From NCBI GenBank assembly GCA_028534125.1, contig CM052839.1:45136001-45200000 (forward strand): DNA of 64,000 nucleotides, read 5' to 3'. The notes below the pieces were generated by a model. That model was not told where the DNA came from, made no database searches, and saw only the letters and a program-made list of their open reading frames with translations. Each line of letters opens with the position of its first letter. Position 1 is the stretch's first letter. Below, piece after piece: positions 45,801 to 56,902 of this stretch. Made by a program: the position numbers and the translations under genes. This DNA comes from Lama glama (Eukaryota).

Positions 45801-48800
45801 GAGGGGCTTCTGGGCTGTTCCAGCACGCAGCTCTGCCTGGGAGGAGGTGCGGCTCGCCAGTGTCCTCACGTGGTCCCCCAGCTCCACCCCCCTCACCTTG
45901 GGCTCCTCCAGCGAGGGGGGCGGGGTGGCCCTGGCTGGACCTGTCTTGCTCAGGGAGCTGGGGGGCCCTCCCAGACGATGCCTCGTGGCCCCACCCCTCC
46001 TTCCTCACGTGACGCCTGCACTGGTCATTCTGGCCGCAGTGCCAGGGAGCGTTGGCCTCCCTGATGTGACTATGTGGACGTTCTGCTCTCAAGTCCACCT
46101 GGGCCACAGCCTTGTGGCCACCCCACCTGGTGTTCCCATGAATCTCCGGCCCCCGCCTGACTTGTGAGGACGCCAGCAGCCAGAGAGGGGGCACTCACTC
46201 CCCTGCGGGTCCGGGAGGGCTTCGGCCCTCACAGGTGCAGGCGACAGCCCTGGGCTGCCCTGCCCTCTGAGCTGGCTTCATTTCTGGCAGCATCGGGGCT
46301 GGCCGCCCTCTGAGCAGTTTCACCGCCAGCGGGGGGTCGACGTCAGCTACTTTGGAGTTGGGGTGGGGGCCTCGTCAGGCGGCCCTTGCTGGGGGAGGGA
46401 CCCTCCCCAGCCACAATCCAGCTACTCCTGGGGGCTAGTCTGGACGCCGTCCTGGAAGCCAAGTGCTCCAGGAGCGCCCAGCGGGGTCTGGGAGCCTTGG
46501 ATCTCCCCAAGTCGGGGCAGCTGGGGAGCTGGTCTCTCATCAGCACCCCCCACGTTTGTACTGTTGCCAGAGATACCCCCTTTCTCCTCTGCACCCCAAC
46601 ACTGCCTTTATGGGAGCCCCCTGGGCTCTTGCCACAGGGCCTGGGCAGTGTCATCTTCACAGCCGGGGCCAAAGGCCGGCACAACCCTCACACAGTGGGA
46701 AGGACACAGGTGTCAGGGTAGGGTGGTGAGAGACCAGGCGGGCACTTGGGACCCCTACTCAGCTCTTACTGTCACCAAGGATGAAGAGCGTGGCGGGGCG
46801 GGAAGGGCACTGGTGGAGCCCGCCCCTTGAACAGAGGTGGGAGGTGCCCTCCTGCTGGCCCAGGCCAGGCTCCACGGGGGGACAGACACGCATGTGGGCT
46901 ATGGGCTTTTCCTGTCTCCTCGCCCAGCCTCTGAACCGCTTCACCTGCCGTCCTGCTTAAAGGTGGAGGGCGTGCCTGGCAGGACCGCTGATGTCAGGTG
47001 GAGCTGTGCCAGGATTCCAATTGTCACTGTCACAGGGCACATGTTTGCTCGGCCCCTTCTCTGGGGCGAGGGCCGGCCCCAGCCTCTAACCAGGATGCAC
47101 ATGTTCTTCCTGATTCAATCCTGGGATGAGGGACAAACATGCACAGGCAACCACGAGACAGTGAGGCAGCCCAGGCCTGGAGCCCTTTCCCTGCCGACAC
47201 CTGGACTGTTGGGACCTGTCGCCCCACAGGTGGCGCTCCCTGACGGGCATCCCCAGCCAGTGGACGGCGCCAGGATAGAGGCTGGTCTCTGCCCTGGGGC
47301 TGGTCCCGCTGTGTGGCTGGGGTTCCAGAAGTCCTGCCCTACACGTGTTGGACTCTCCCTTCCCCTTCCCCTCTTTCCCCTTCATTCCTTCCCACTGCCG
47401 CCCACTTCCCCATCCCCTCTGCACTTCCCGCCCCTCCCCCAGCCAGGTCTCAGCCCACCCGCTCCCTCCTCCAGAGGTTGACGCTGCCTCCTGTGACCTC
47501 CCTTGCCAGGTCCCCAGCTTCCTCGGTTAATCTGTTTTAGAAATTTCACCTGTTGCCCCAGACGCTCTGATCTGGAGGCGATGCTTACCTGTGTGTTGTA
47601 TGGACCTGGCTGTCTGTGCAGCGCACCCAGTTCTGCGGGCATCAGCCGGACCCTTACCGGCTTCATTCTGTCTGTCTGTTGCTCGCCTTCCCTGGGGGTC
47701 AGCTCAGGCCGCTGGCCATTTTCAGCAGAGCCGTCAACAAGCCAGTTTCCCTCGGGCCTGTGTTGCTTTGGCAAAAATGTGTTCTTTGAAGCCTAAATAG
47801 GTGTTAACTCAGATCCTCCAGAAATGCCGTCCTCGCTCCTTTGGGATTAGTTCACGTGAGGGTCCAGGAGGGGCCCTCGGCTGGAGGTTGGTCCACCCTC
47901 TGCCAAAACAAGATGGGGCGCTTCACAGATCTGTCCGTTGCCAGTCTGTGAGCAGCCGGACCCCGGGGCCCGCATCCCCCCTCCCCACCCCGTCTTGTTC
48001 CGCCTTCCCGGGTTCACACTCCTTGGCAGTGTCTTGTCATTTGCAGATTATAAGGACATGTATTTTTTATACAGAAAAAGAAAGCCAAAAAGCAGCTTGA
48101 ATCTTTAAAAGTGCCGGCGTCGTGAAAGACGCAGCAACAGCGAGGAGTCTCCGGGTTAGGGACTCCGGACGCCCCGGAGGGAGGACGGGACCTGGTGCCG
48201 CTGAGCTTGCTCCTCGTGACCTGCGGTTAGGCCTGTTCATGCCCGCCTTGTTCCGGATGCTCACAGGGCAGCGTTCGGGTGAACAGGGTGCGGAGCTACT
48301 GAGAGGGCTGGAGGGCCGCAGGTGCGGTCCCAGTTCCGGGAGAGGGTTGGGAGCCTGGGGAGGGGCTGGGGGTCCCTGCTCTGTTACTTTCGCGGCTTCC
48401 CCGCTGTTTGGAAGGTGGGGCTGGGAGGGAAGAGTTCTGTGTTCTGAGCACAGATGAGAGCAGGCTCTGGCTGGAGCCCTCTGGGTGTGGCGGCTGAACC
48501 GGCTGTGATTCGCGTTAGCTGCTTGTCCGCCTCTCCCCGGAAGAGAGGGTACGGGTGCCGGAGGCAGGAGCAGTGGGGAGGGTGCCGGGGAGCCAGCCCC
48601 CCGGGCTGTAGGCTGGTCACCCTTGTCCAGGTAACGGCAGTCACATCAGGATACCAGCCTACAATTTCTTGTTTTTTTTCAAAGTCTGGTGTGGGTCACT
48701 TTCTCTAGTCTCCTGGAATCTTCTCTCTTTTCACAAAGAGCCCAGTTGGAATGGTTTTGCGATTCTGAGACGTGGGTCCTGCGTCACCGAGCGTGTACAG

Positions 48801-49869
48801 TGATAGCGGCTATCTGGCCTCCCCGGCCATCGACTGCGAGTTCTCAGAGCACCAGGTGGGCAGCTGAGCCTGTTCTGTCGCCTGCTGACAGGACAGGAGA
48901 GGCCGGAGCACGGCGGGGAGGCCGCCCTTCTGCCCTGCCTCACCTGGAGCTCTGAGGAGGACAGCTCTGTGCCGCCCCCCTCGGGGGAGCTGTGGTCCTG
49001 CTCACGCTTCTGTGCTGTGTTGGCCCCGCTGGCCGTTCCCTGAGGCAGGGTCGTCCCCTGACGCGGGGCCCTCCTGCTCCTGGGCCTCCCTTGTCCTCAG
49101 CCCTACGCGTCCTGACGCATCACCACGGCCCCTCTGTGCCGTGGGGGCTCTGGCTTCTGCCTTTTCCTCCCACCGGTGGGCACCTCCGTCCCCAGGGCTG
49201 GCCAGCACACGCCCTGGCCGGGTCCTGGTGCCGAGGCTCCTGCCTGGGGCTGCGCTCGCTTTTGAGGGTCTGTTGGGAATATTCTCGCATCAATGGTGAA
49301 ATGAGGTGCGTAAGGAAGAGGCAGAGGGACTGAGCCCTGGTGCTCGTGACCCCAAGGTTTGGCAGAAACCAGCTCCTGATGAGGGGCCAGCACCCTCGGC
49401 CCCGAGGACTGCCCCCAGCGGCCCCTCTGCTCTGAAGGGGTGACTGCTGAGTCACCGAGACTTGCCAGAGAGGCAGGCTCCTTGTGGAATCAGTTCCTGT
49501 TAGTATCTGCAGTTTCCTCCTCCCAGGGGACCCGGACTAGCCCGGAGCGCGGAGCGGCCCCCACAGAGGCGGCGGTGGTGCTGGGGAGGCCCTGGCCCCT
49601 TCCCGGTGGCGCGGCGCATGGTCTAGCTCTAGAGGAGTCAGGAGGGCCTGGCGGTTCTGGAGGTCTGAGGCTCTGGCCACCCACCCCATGGTCACTGCAC
49701 TGGCTGTGGACCCCCAGTTTACTCAGCTCCCCGGGGGTCTGCTGGCCAGTGGACTCCTCAGCTCTAAGCGGATGGGAAAACTTCAAAAGTCATATTGTGA
49801 AGGCTAATTGTGGACAGACAGATTTTAGGGTCATTATGCAATAAAGTTGCTCTGCGAGCAGAGCGGATT

Positions 49870-50240
49870 GTCATGGCAGCACTGTCTGTCACAGCCAGAA
49901 CTGAAAACACCTGAGTGTCCGCTGACGGACAGGGATGAACAGACGTGGTCGGCCGCCCCTCAGGCGGGACGTCAGGCGGCTGTGAGGGAATGCCGTGACC
50001 GCTGTGGCGCGGGTGAGCCTCAACACGTGCGCGGTGAGGAGGCTGGACACAGAGGGCCGTGCTGCCGGGCCCCGTTGACACGAAATGCCCAGGCCGGGGG
50101 GCGGAGTCAATAGAGACGGAAGGTAGATGAGTGGTTGCCTGAGTCTGGAGGGAGGAGTGACCGCTGATGAGGACAGGGTCTTTTTCTGGAGTGACGGGAA
50201 CATTCTGCAATCGGGTGGTGGTTCGACCTGTGAGTGTCCT
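49870..50240 (+). mobile_element. L1MB/L1ME-like 3' fragment, heavily GC-shifted
   Basis: tcatggcagcactgtctgtcacagccagaactg...atagagacggaaggtagatgagtggttgcct...gtctttttctggagtgacgggaacattctgcaat. Confidence 0.75.
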
Positions 50241-51990
50241 TGGGGGCCTGGGCTCCGACTCCTCCGGTCCGGTCACCCCCGCTCCAGTGTTGCGTCCTCG
50301 TTGGGGGGCTGTTTCCCCTGGAAAGCTGGACCAGTCCTTTCTGCCCCCGTCGCCCAGGGCGAGGCCACCACCCCGGGGGACAAGGGCCCAGCCTGGCTCC
50401 TGGGGCTGCTCGGCCTCTCTCCAGGGGCACACGCTCCCTCTGTGGGGGTCTACGGCCCCCAGGCCACAGTTGTGCGGAGCAGAGGTGGTGGTGACTGTCC
50501 TGCCATTGTCCTGTGTTAGCCACGAGACAAAAGGAGCCTGTGTCTGGCCGGACTGCTAGAGGGGACAGAGATGACCGGCACATCGCCTGTATCTGCGTGG
50601 AAGTACAGCTCCTGTTCCGATGTTCATTCCTGTGTGTGTACCCTTGTGTGTGAACACGCACCGGCTGCCCCAGCCCAGCCCCTGCCTTCCCCAGGAGGGG
50701 TGGTGCCCCGGGTGCTAAGCTCCACTCTTAATCTAAAGACGTGAGGCTGTGTTGGAGGTTACTGGGAGTACCAGGAATTTAAAAACTCAGAGCTGAAGGG
50801 CGTGCAGCCAGAGGTGAGTCACCGCTGCCCCGGCTGCCTGCCTCTCTGGGTAAACACAGGAGGGGCGTCGCCTCGTTCTCAGATACCTCTCTGTTTTTGT
50901 CCTGGTGGAGCCTCGTGGCACCATGTGAACCCTGTGGCCTCCCCTGTCCCTGCCGCTCACGCCTTCCCCCTTCCACCCCTTCCCCACTCCCCCTCCCTCT
51001 GTGGGGGTGTGGCCCCGGCTGCCCTCCCGTCAGGGCCCTGGGGTGGCCGCCTACCTGCCCGACCCTCTGTCCACTCCTGGGCCCTGGCAGCCCCGTGGGG
51101 CGGTGGCTCTTGAGCTGATAACCCCGCTACCCTGCTATTTGCTTGGGCCAGCCTGGGTCTGAGCTGCTGATTTAAGTTAAACCTGGTTTTTCAAGTTCAG
51201 GGCCCACCTGTGCCGTGGACCTGGACCTGGTTCCTAGACGGGGTCTGGCAGAGCCTGGCAGCCTCCTCCCCCTGGCGGCTGGGCCTGGGAAGGTGTCTCC
51301 TCGCCATGCTGTCCTTCAAGCCCAGAGAAGGTAGGAAGGGTCACGGCACCCAGGAACAAGGTGTGGCTCTGGCCAGCCCACGGGCTCCAAAGACCCATGG
51401 AAGGGACTCGGAGGAAGAGGACCTGTGAGTGTGTGCTTATAAAACTGATGGAAATTCCCCGTGTGGACCAGTTCGTGCAGCCGCTGGCTCGCAGCTCGGG
51501 GCCTGGCGCTCACTCCCCAAGTGCACTCCCGGGAGATGGCCGTGGCCCGGGGGACACGGGAAACGCTGGGGTCCCAGTGTGTTGGGAGAGCCCGGGGTGC
51601 GGGGACCAGAATCCTCTAGAAGCTCCACGTAGTCTTCTTGGCAACAAGAATCGTTTTTTAAAGGACTTGCTGTTTTCTGTTGTTTTTCAGACGTTCTTGA
51701 GCTAGGCATGTGCGGCCTTTTTATGGAAATGTGTGTTCAGTTTGATCAGGACGCTAACTCACAGTCCTGGGGTGGCCGACAGAGTGACCTCCACCGCCAC
51801 TTGCTCTGCGTCTTATTTATGGACTTCACGTCCCTTGAGAGGGCACTTGGGGCCAGAGAGTGACCTGTGGGTCTGGACTTCCTGTGCCTGCTCTCCTTGA
51901 CACATGGGATGGCGGTCCCACCGTGCAGTCAGATCAGGGGCCCTGAGAGGCCGTGGCTGTGCCAGAGGCCTCACCTGCTGGGGAGCGGGG

Positions 51991-52045
51991 GGCCTGCACT
52001 GGGCAGGGCAGGGAGAAGAGGGTCTGCACTGGGCAGGACAGGGAG
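51991..52045. repeat. 30-bp tandem duplication (about 1.8 copies)
   Basis: GGCCTGCACTGGGCAGGGCAGGGAG at 51991 and GGTCTGCACTGGGCAGGACAGGGAG at 52021. Confidence 0.8.
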
Positions 52046-52903
52046 GCGGCAGCCTGGCCTGTCCCCGGGCTGCCCGCTGGTTTGTCCCAGTGGTTCCCTT
52101 TCAGCTGAGGGCGGAGACCAGACTCCTCCACGTCCCATGTCCCCTTCTGCTCCTGTCCTTGGCGTCCAGCCGGATGTGGCCTTTGGCGGCCGCCTGCTCC
52201 TTGCTCTCTCACAGCCCGACCTCTCAGTCGGCCTCGTGCGAATCCGCCGATAGAGGCAGCGTCCCTGGCGTGCCCCTGACACCACGCTGCTCTGGAGCAG
52301 CCGAGCCCTGTCGCGCAGAGGTCCCAGGTGCTGGCCAGGCCTCGGGTCCCAGAGCCAGCCAGCGGGTCCTAGAGCCCCTGCAGAGGCCTGAGCCCCAGGG
52401 TTGGGGGACATGTTGGCTCAGTCCCCGAATGCGCGGGCCTGTGGTTGGAGCGCGTCTCTTTGCTCGATCGGAGCCCTCGGTGGAGGAGGGAAGCCCTGCT
52501 CCCCTCGGGGTGGGAGAGGGTCACCGGCTGTCTTCCCCATGGGTGGCATCATGGAGGTTTGTTTGCTCTGCGCCCGTGAGGGGAGATGCGTGGGCTCGCG
52601 GGCTCACACGCCGGGCTGAAACCTGCACAGGTGGGGTCTCCAGGTTCTTAGCTCTGTCGTGAACTTTGGCTTTGATGCCAGCACCTGAGACCCCAAGCCC
52701 CCAGAGATGCTGAGCAGCCGTGCACACTTGAGGGCTGGCACCCTTGTTCTGGAGTTTTCTGCCTCCTCTTGGTGGTGTCCCCTGGAGAAGCACCCCAGCC
52801 CCTGGCCTGCTGCCCACTCCCCAGCCGCGGTGGGGGAGGCGGGACGGTGACTCTGTGTAGCTCACAGTCCTCCCGCTTCTCTCTCCTGCCTTCTGCCTCC
52901 CAG

Positions 52904-52965
52904 GGGACGTTCTCTTCCAGATGGCCGAGGTCCACAGGCAGATTCAGAATCAGCTGGAGGAGATG
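52904..52965 (+). CDS. BAIAP2: BAIAP2 coding exon 4 (GDVLFQMAEVHRQIQNQLEEM)
   Basis: Long polypyrimidine tract then cag|GG, ATG|gtgagt donor, 62 nt. Confidence 0.97.
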
Positions 52966-53585
52966 GTGAGTCCCAGCCTCCTCGTGTGGGCGCTCGGGGA
53001 CGGAGGGGCGGTGGCGGTGGGCGGGCGCCCCAGAGGCGGAGGAGGAGCCAGACGTATGCTGTGGCTGTGTGTCCACTAGAGAAGGATGCACTGTCCTGTG
53101 GTCATGCTCAGAAAGGCGGGGACGTACCCAGGCCCTGGACAGGAGTCACATGCTGGGGAGGTGACCCCCATGGCCGAGGATATGCAGTGGACCCAGGAGG
53201 AAAGGGCTTGGGCCAGGTGGGGTCTTATGGTCAGTGACCGCTGGGACACTGCGAGTGGTGGGCCCAGGGAAGCGCAGGTGCACCCTGGCTGTAGGCCCAG
53301 CCAGCACCCAGCCAGCCCAGCTCGTGCCTGAGACACCCCCCCGCACGGGATGGGGGACATCAGGGAGACAGTCTGTTTTCCACATGGGAAGGCAGGACTT
53401 CAGTTCACTGCTCAGCCCTGGGTCTGCTTGGCCCCACGGGCCCGCTGTCAGAGCAGAGTCAGCGACTCACAGACCAGGTGGGCCCCTCACGTTGGGGTGC
53501 CCGGTGCCGTGGTAGTGGGGACTGCCCAGCTCTCCCTCCCCGGGTGGTACATCAGAGCTGACTGCTCTCTCCTCTCTGCATCCAG

Positions 53586-53657
53586 CTGAAGTCTTTTCAC
53601 AACGAGCTGCTCACGCAGCTGGAGCAGAAGGTGGAGCTGGACTCCAGGTACCTGAGT
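53586..53657 (+). CDS. BAIAP2: BAIAP2 coding exon 5 (LKSFHNELLTQLEQKVELDSRYLS)
   Basis: cag|CTG acceptor, AGT|gtaagt donor, 72 nt. Confidence 0.97.
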
Positions 53658-54232
53658 GTAAGTAGCCCCGCCCACGCCCTGGGCCGCCTGGCTCTGCGGT
53701 GTTGGAGCCCTCCCCCGGTCTGAGGGTCTTCAGCTTCCTGTGAGCTTCCTGCCCCGTGGGGCTCCTGCAGCCCCTCTGATGTTCGTGCCCATTTGAGACT
53801 AAACATGATCCTGGGGGGGCGAGGGGCCCCTCACCTCTGACGCCCCAGGTGCTGGTTTTGCTGCCCGCACCTCTCGGCTGCCTTTAGCAAAGATGACGCC
53901 GTGAGGTGGCCCTGGTGGCCCCTGTGTGAACTCCTCTGCCCGCAGTTTCATTGAGGCGTTCATGCCCCGTCACCTCTGCCCAGTTATGAGAAGGGGGAGG
54001 GGCTGAGCTCTGTTACACGGGTCACGTGAGGTGCTCACACACTGGGGGCTGGGCTGGGGTCTCGGCCAGCCCAGTCTTTGTCTGCGGGGTGGGCAGGGCT
54101 GTGGCCTTCAGGGAGCTCCACACGCACACACACACTCGGGTTTGCAGCCGTCCCGGGTCCGGGCACTGTGGCCATGTTGAGGGCGGGAGGGGCTCTCCCG
54201 CTCATCGCCCTCCTTGTGTTATTGAACTTCAG

Positions 54233-54370
54233 GCCGCGCTTAAGAAGTACCAGGCGGAGCAAAGGAGCAAAGGGGACGCGCTGGACAAGTGCCAGGCTGA
54301 GCTGAAGAAGCTCCGCAAGAAGAGCCAGGGGAGCAAAAACCCCCAGAAGTACTCGGACAAGGAGCTGCAG
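54233..54370 (+). CDS. BAIAP2: BAIAP2 coding exon 6 (AALKKYQAEQRSKGDALDKCQAELKKLRKKSQGSKNPQKYSDKELQ); the gene continues past the window
   Basis: cag|GCC acceptor, CAG|gtgggg donor, 138 nt. Contains the I-BAR basic patch K142/K143/K146/K147 at the expected numbering. Confidence 0.97.
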
Positions 54371-55837
54371 GTGGGGTGCACGTGGGGCACACACACGGCC
54401 TGTGGGCCTTGTCAGGACGAGGGGTTGCACGCCCGTCCACCCACCGTCCCCAGCGCCTCGGCCTCAGGGACGGAGGCTGGCCCCCCGATGGGTCCAGGCA
54501 GAGCCAGGCTCCAACCTCCTGGGGGATTTTGGACAGCGGGCGCCCCGTGTTGTGGAGCCGGCAGGTTGCAGCCCCTTCCTGAGAGTCTGCCAGGGGAGCA
54601 GAAAGGCAGAGGGAGCCTCCCCGCCTGTCCCCTAGGACCCCACCTCGTAGAGGGACTCCCGACTGTCACTGACTGGCCGGTGGTTGCCCGCTCCCAGCAC
54701 GGGCCCCAAGCCTCCGGTGGCAGACGCTGGCTGGTCCGGCATCTCAGCAGCCCTGCGGCGTGAGGCAGATGGCGCTCCGGGGTGGGAGGGGCAGCCTTGG
54801 TCACAGTTGGTAGGACCGTGTGTCCTGTGGCAGACATGACCCCGACACACCTGGTTCACCAGAACCCCGTGGGCAGTTGACATAGATCAGACCCAGACGC
54901 CGCTCTGACGTCACGTGTCTCAGATGAGGAGAAAGCAGTTCCCCGGCCATCAGCAGTGGGGGTGACCCCTGGGGTGGACCCTTCGCCTTTCAAAGCCCAC
55001 CCTTCCCGTCCCTACCAGCCGTCAGGGCGGCAAGCTTGAGGGCACCTCACTGCCCTGTCTGCAGTGCTCTGTGTGTGGGTGTGCGCTTTCAGCCCTGGGG
55101 TGCCGTGTCAGACACTGTTGCCTGCGAAGGCCTCAGGGTCACGCTGGGGCTGAGAGGCCGATCCTGCCTCTGGAGCAGGCCCCCCCGAGTGCGGTGTAGA
55201 TGAGGAGGCCTTTCTCCCCCGACCAGCCTGCCCGCCCTGCCCCCCACCCCGTGCTGGTGCTGGTGGAGGGGATGGGCAGGGCGGCGGCAGATGAGATCTG
55301 TCATCTACTGAGTGGCAGTTGGCTGAGCGGTGGTGGAGCGCCCCCCTCTGTGCCGCTGCCACGGCCCTCACTCAAGTGTTCTATGGTTGCAGTGGTGTAG
55401 TTCTTGCCTCTCTGTAGTGTCCCCTCCCCACGTCCCCAGTCTCATGACCGTCATCTTCAAGGACTGTCCGTACCCGTCACCACTTCGAGGCCTTCCCCCA
55501 CAGCAAGGGTGCTGCCGTGAGCCCATCTGAGTCGTTTCCAGGAGTGAGTTCCTGGGAGCCGGGGCAGGAGGTTGGGGCAGGAACACCTGCGCAGGTGTGC
55601 GTCTGTTGCTTTGTTCTGTCCCGCCTTTGTTGCAGTGTCATTTTTGCTTCCTGAAAGCCTTGACTGGTGGACAATTCCCCCACCGCCTGGGCGGGCAGTG
55701 ACACCCACAGTGTCCCCTCGGAGGGACCCCCGGGGGCTGGTTGGATGGCCTGGTGACGGGGACAGGAGACCAGCTTGTTCAGGGGTTCAGCTGCCTGCTT
55801 AGAGGGGAGGGGAGCCTGTGCACCACCCCCAAAGTGG

Positions 55838-56160
55838 TTTTCCTGGTAACAGCTGTATCGGGAGAGAATTCACATACTGTGCAGATCACCCCTTGAAAGC
55901 GCACAGCTCAGTAGTTTCGAGTGTACTTCGTAGCGTCGTATAACCTCCCCCCCACCCACTTGGGGTGCTCTCAGTGGACATCAGCAGCCCCACCCCCAGC
56001 AGTGGCTGGAACAGTCCCACGTGGCCTTCTACGTCTGGCTGCTCGCCGTCGGCTGTTTTCGAGGCCCACGCACGCGAGGACGTGGTCAGTGCTCCGCTCG
56101 TGTGTACCGTCAGGAATCTGTGCTGCTTTCTCTTTTAGGGCCCCATACTCAGAGGCTCCA
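55838..56160 (-). mobile_element. L1MB-like 3' end fragment
   Basis: taacagctgtatcgggagagaattcacatactgtgcagatcaccccttgaaagcgcacagctcagtagttt. Confidence 0.65.
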
Positions 56161-56787
56161 CGCTGAGCCGAAGCCCTCAGCCTGGGACGAGCTGGCCCTG
56201 CTGCCATCAGGGTCTGTGCCCGTCCAGCGCGTCCTGCAGCAGGGAGGGACGTGCTGGCGTCGTTCACTTCCACACAGGCCCGAGTCATTGTGACTCTGCT
56301 ACCTCTGGTCCCCAGCGGCGCAGCCCCCTCAGCCTGCCAGCTCCCTCCACCCACTGCAAAAGCTCTCTCTCCAAGAGAGCCCTGACCCCCCTCTCGGCCT
56401 CCAAGGCGGCCCATGCTCCACTCTGGGCCAAGAGGGCGGGCCCTGCAAACCCAAGTCTTTCTGCACAGGTAGTTTGGAGGATCTTCTCTCCTGCAGGAGG
56501 CCTCCCATTCGTCCCCTGGCTTGGCGAGGCCGGCCACGTCCTCCCTGGCCTCCTGGGGCCTTGGAGACGTCCAATGGTGACCTTTCTTCCTGTGTCCGAG
56601 GGCCACCCCACAACCGAGCCTTCCCTCTGCCCTTTCTCCTCAGCACAGCTCTGCTGCCCTGTGAGGCCCGGTCACCCCCACTTCTCACTCGTGCCTCCCA
56701 GAACTTGTAGCAGCTCCTCTTCACTCAGGTGCCTGCAGATGGACCATGGCTGGCCTGTCCCCCCCATCCGGGCACAACCACAAGGCC

Positions 56788-56902
56788 CTGGCAGTCAGAT
56801 TTTGGTATGGATACCAGCTGTGCCCCTGTGCACAGGCCGGGTGGTCACATTGAGCTCCTTCACCTCTCTGAGCCTCAGTTTCCCCCTTTGTAAGGTGGGC
56901 AC
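56788..56902 (+). mobile_element. MIR SINE fragment
   Basis: cttcacctctctgagcctcagtttccccctttgtaaggtggg is the MIR core. Confidence 0.75.

Noticed and set aside
47350-47470. Polypyrimidine tract as a cryptic exon acceptor or triplex element
   Set aside because: It is low-complexity and interrupted, with no convincing mirror symmetry and no well-defined downstream exon.
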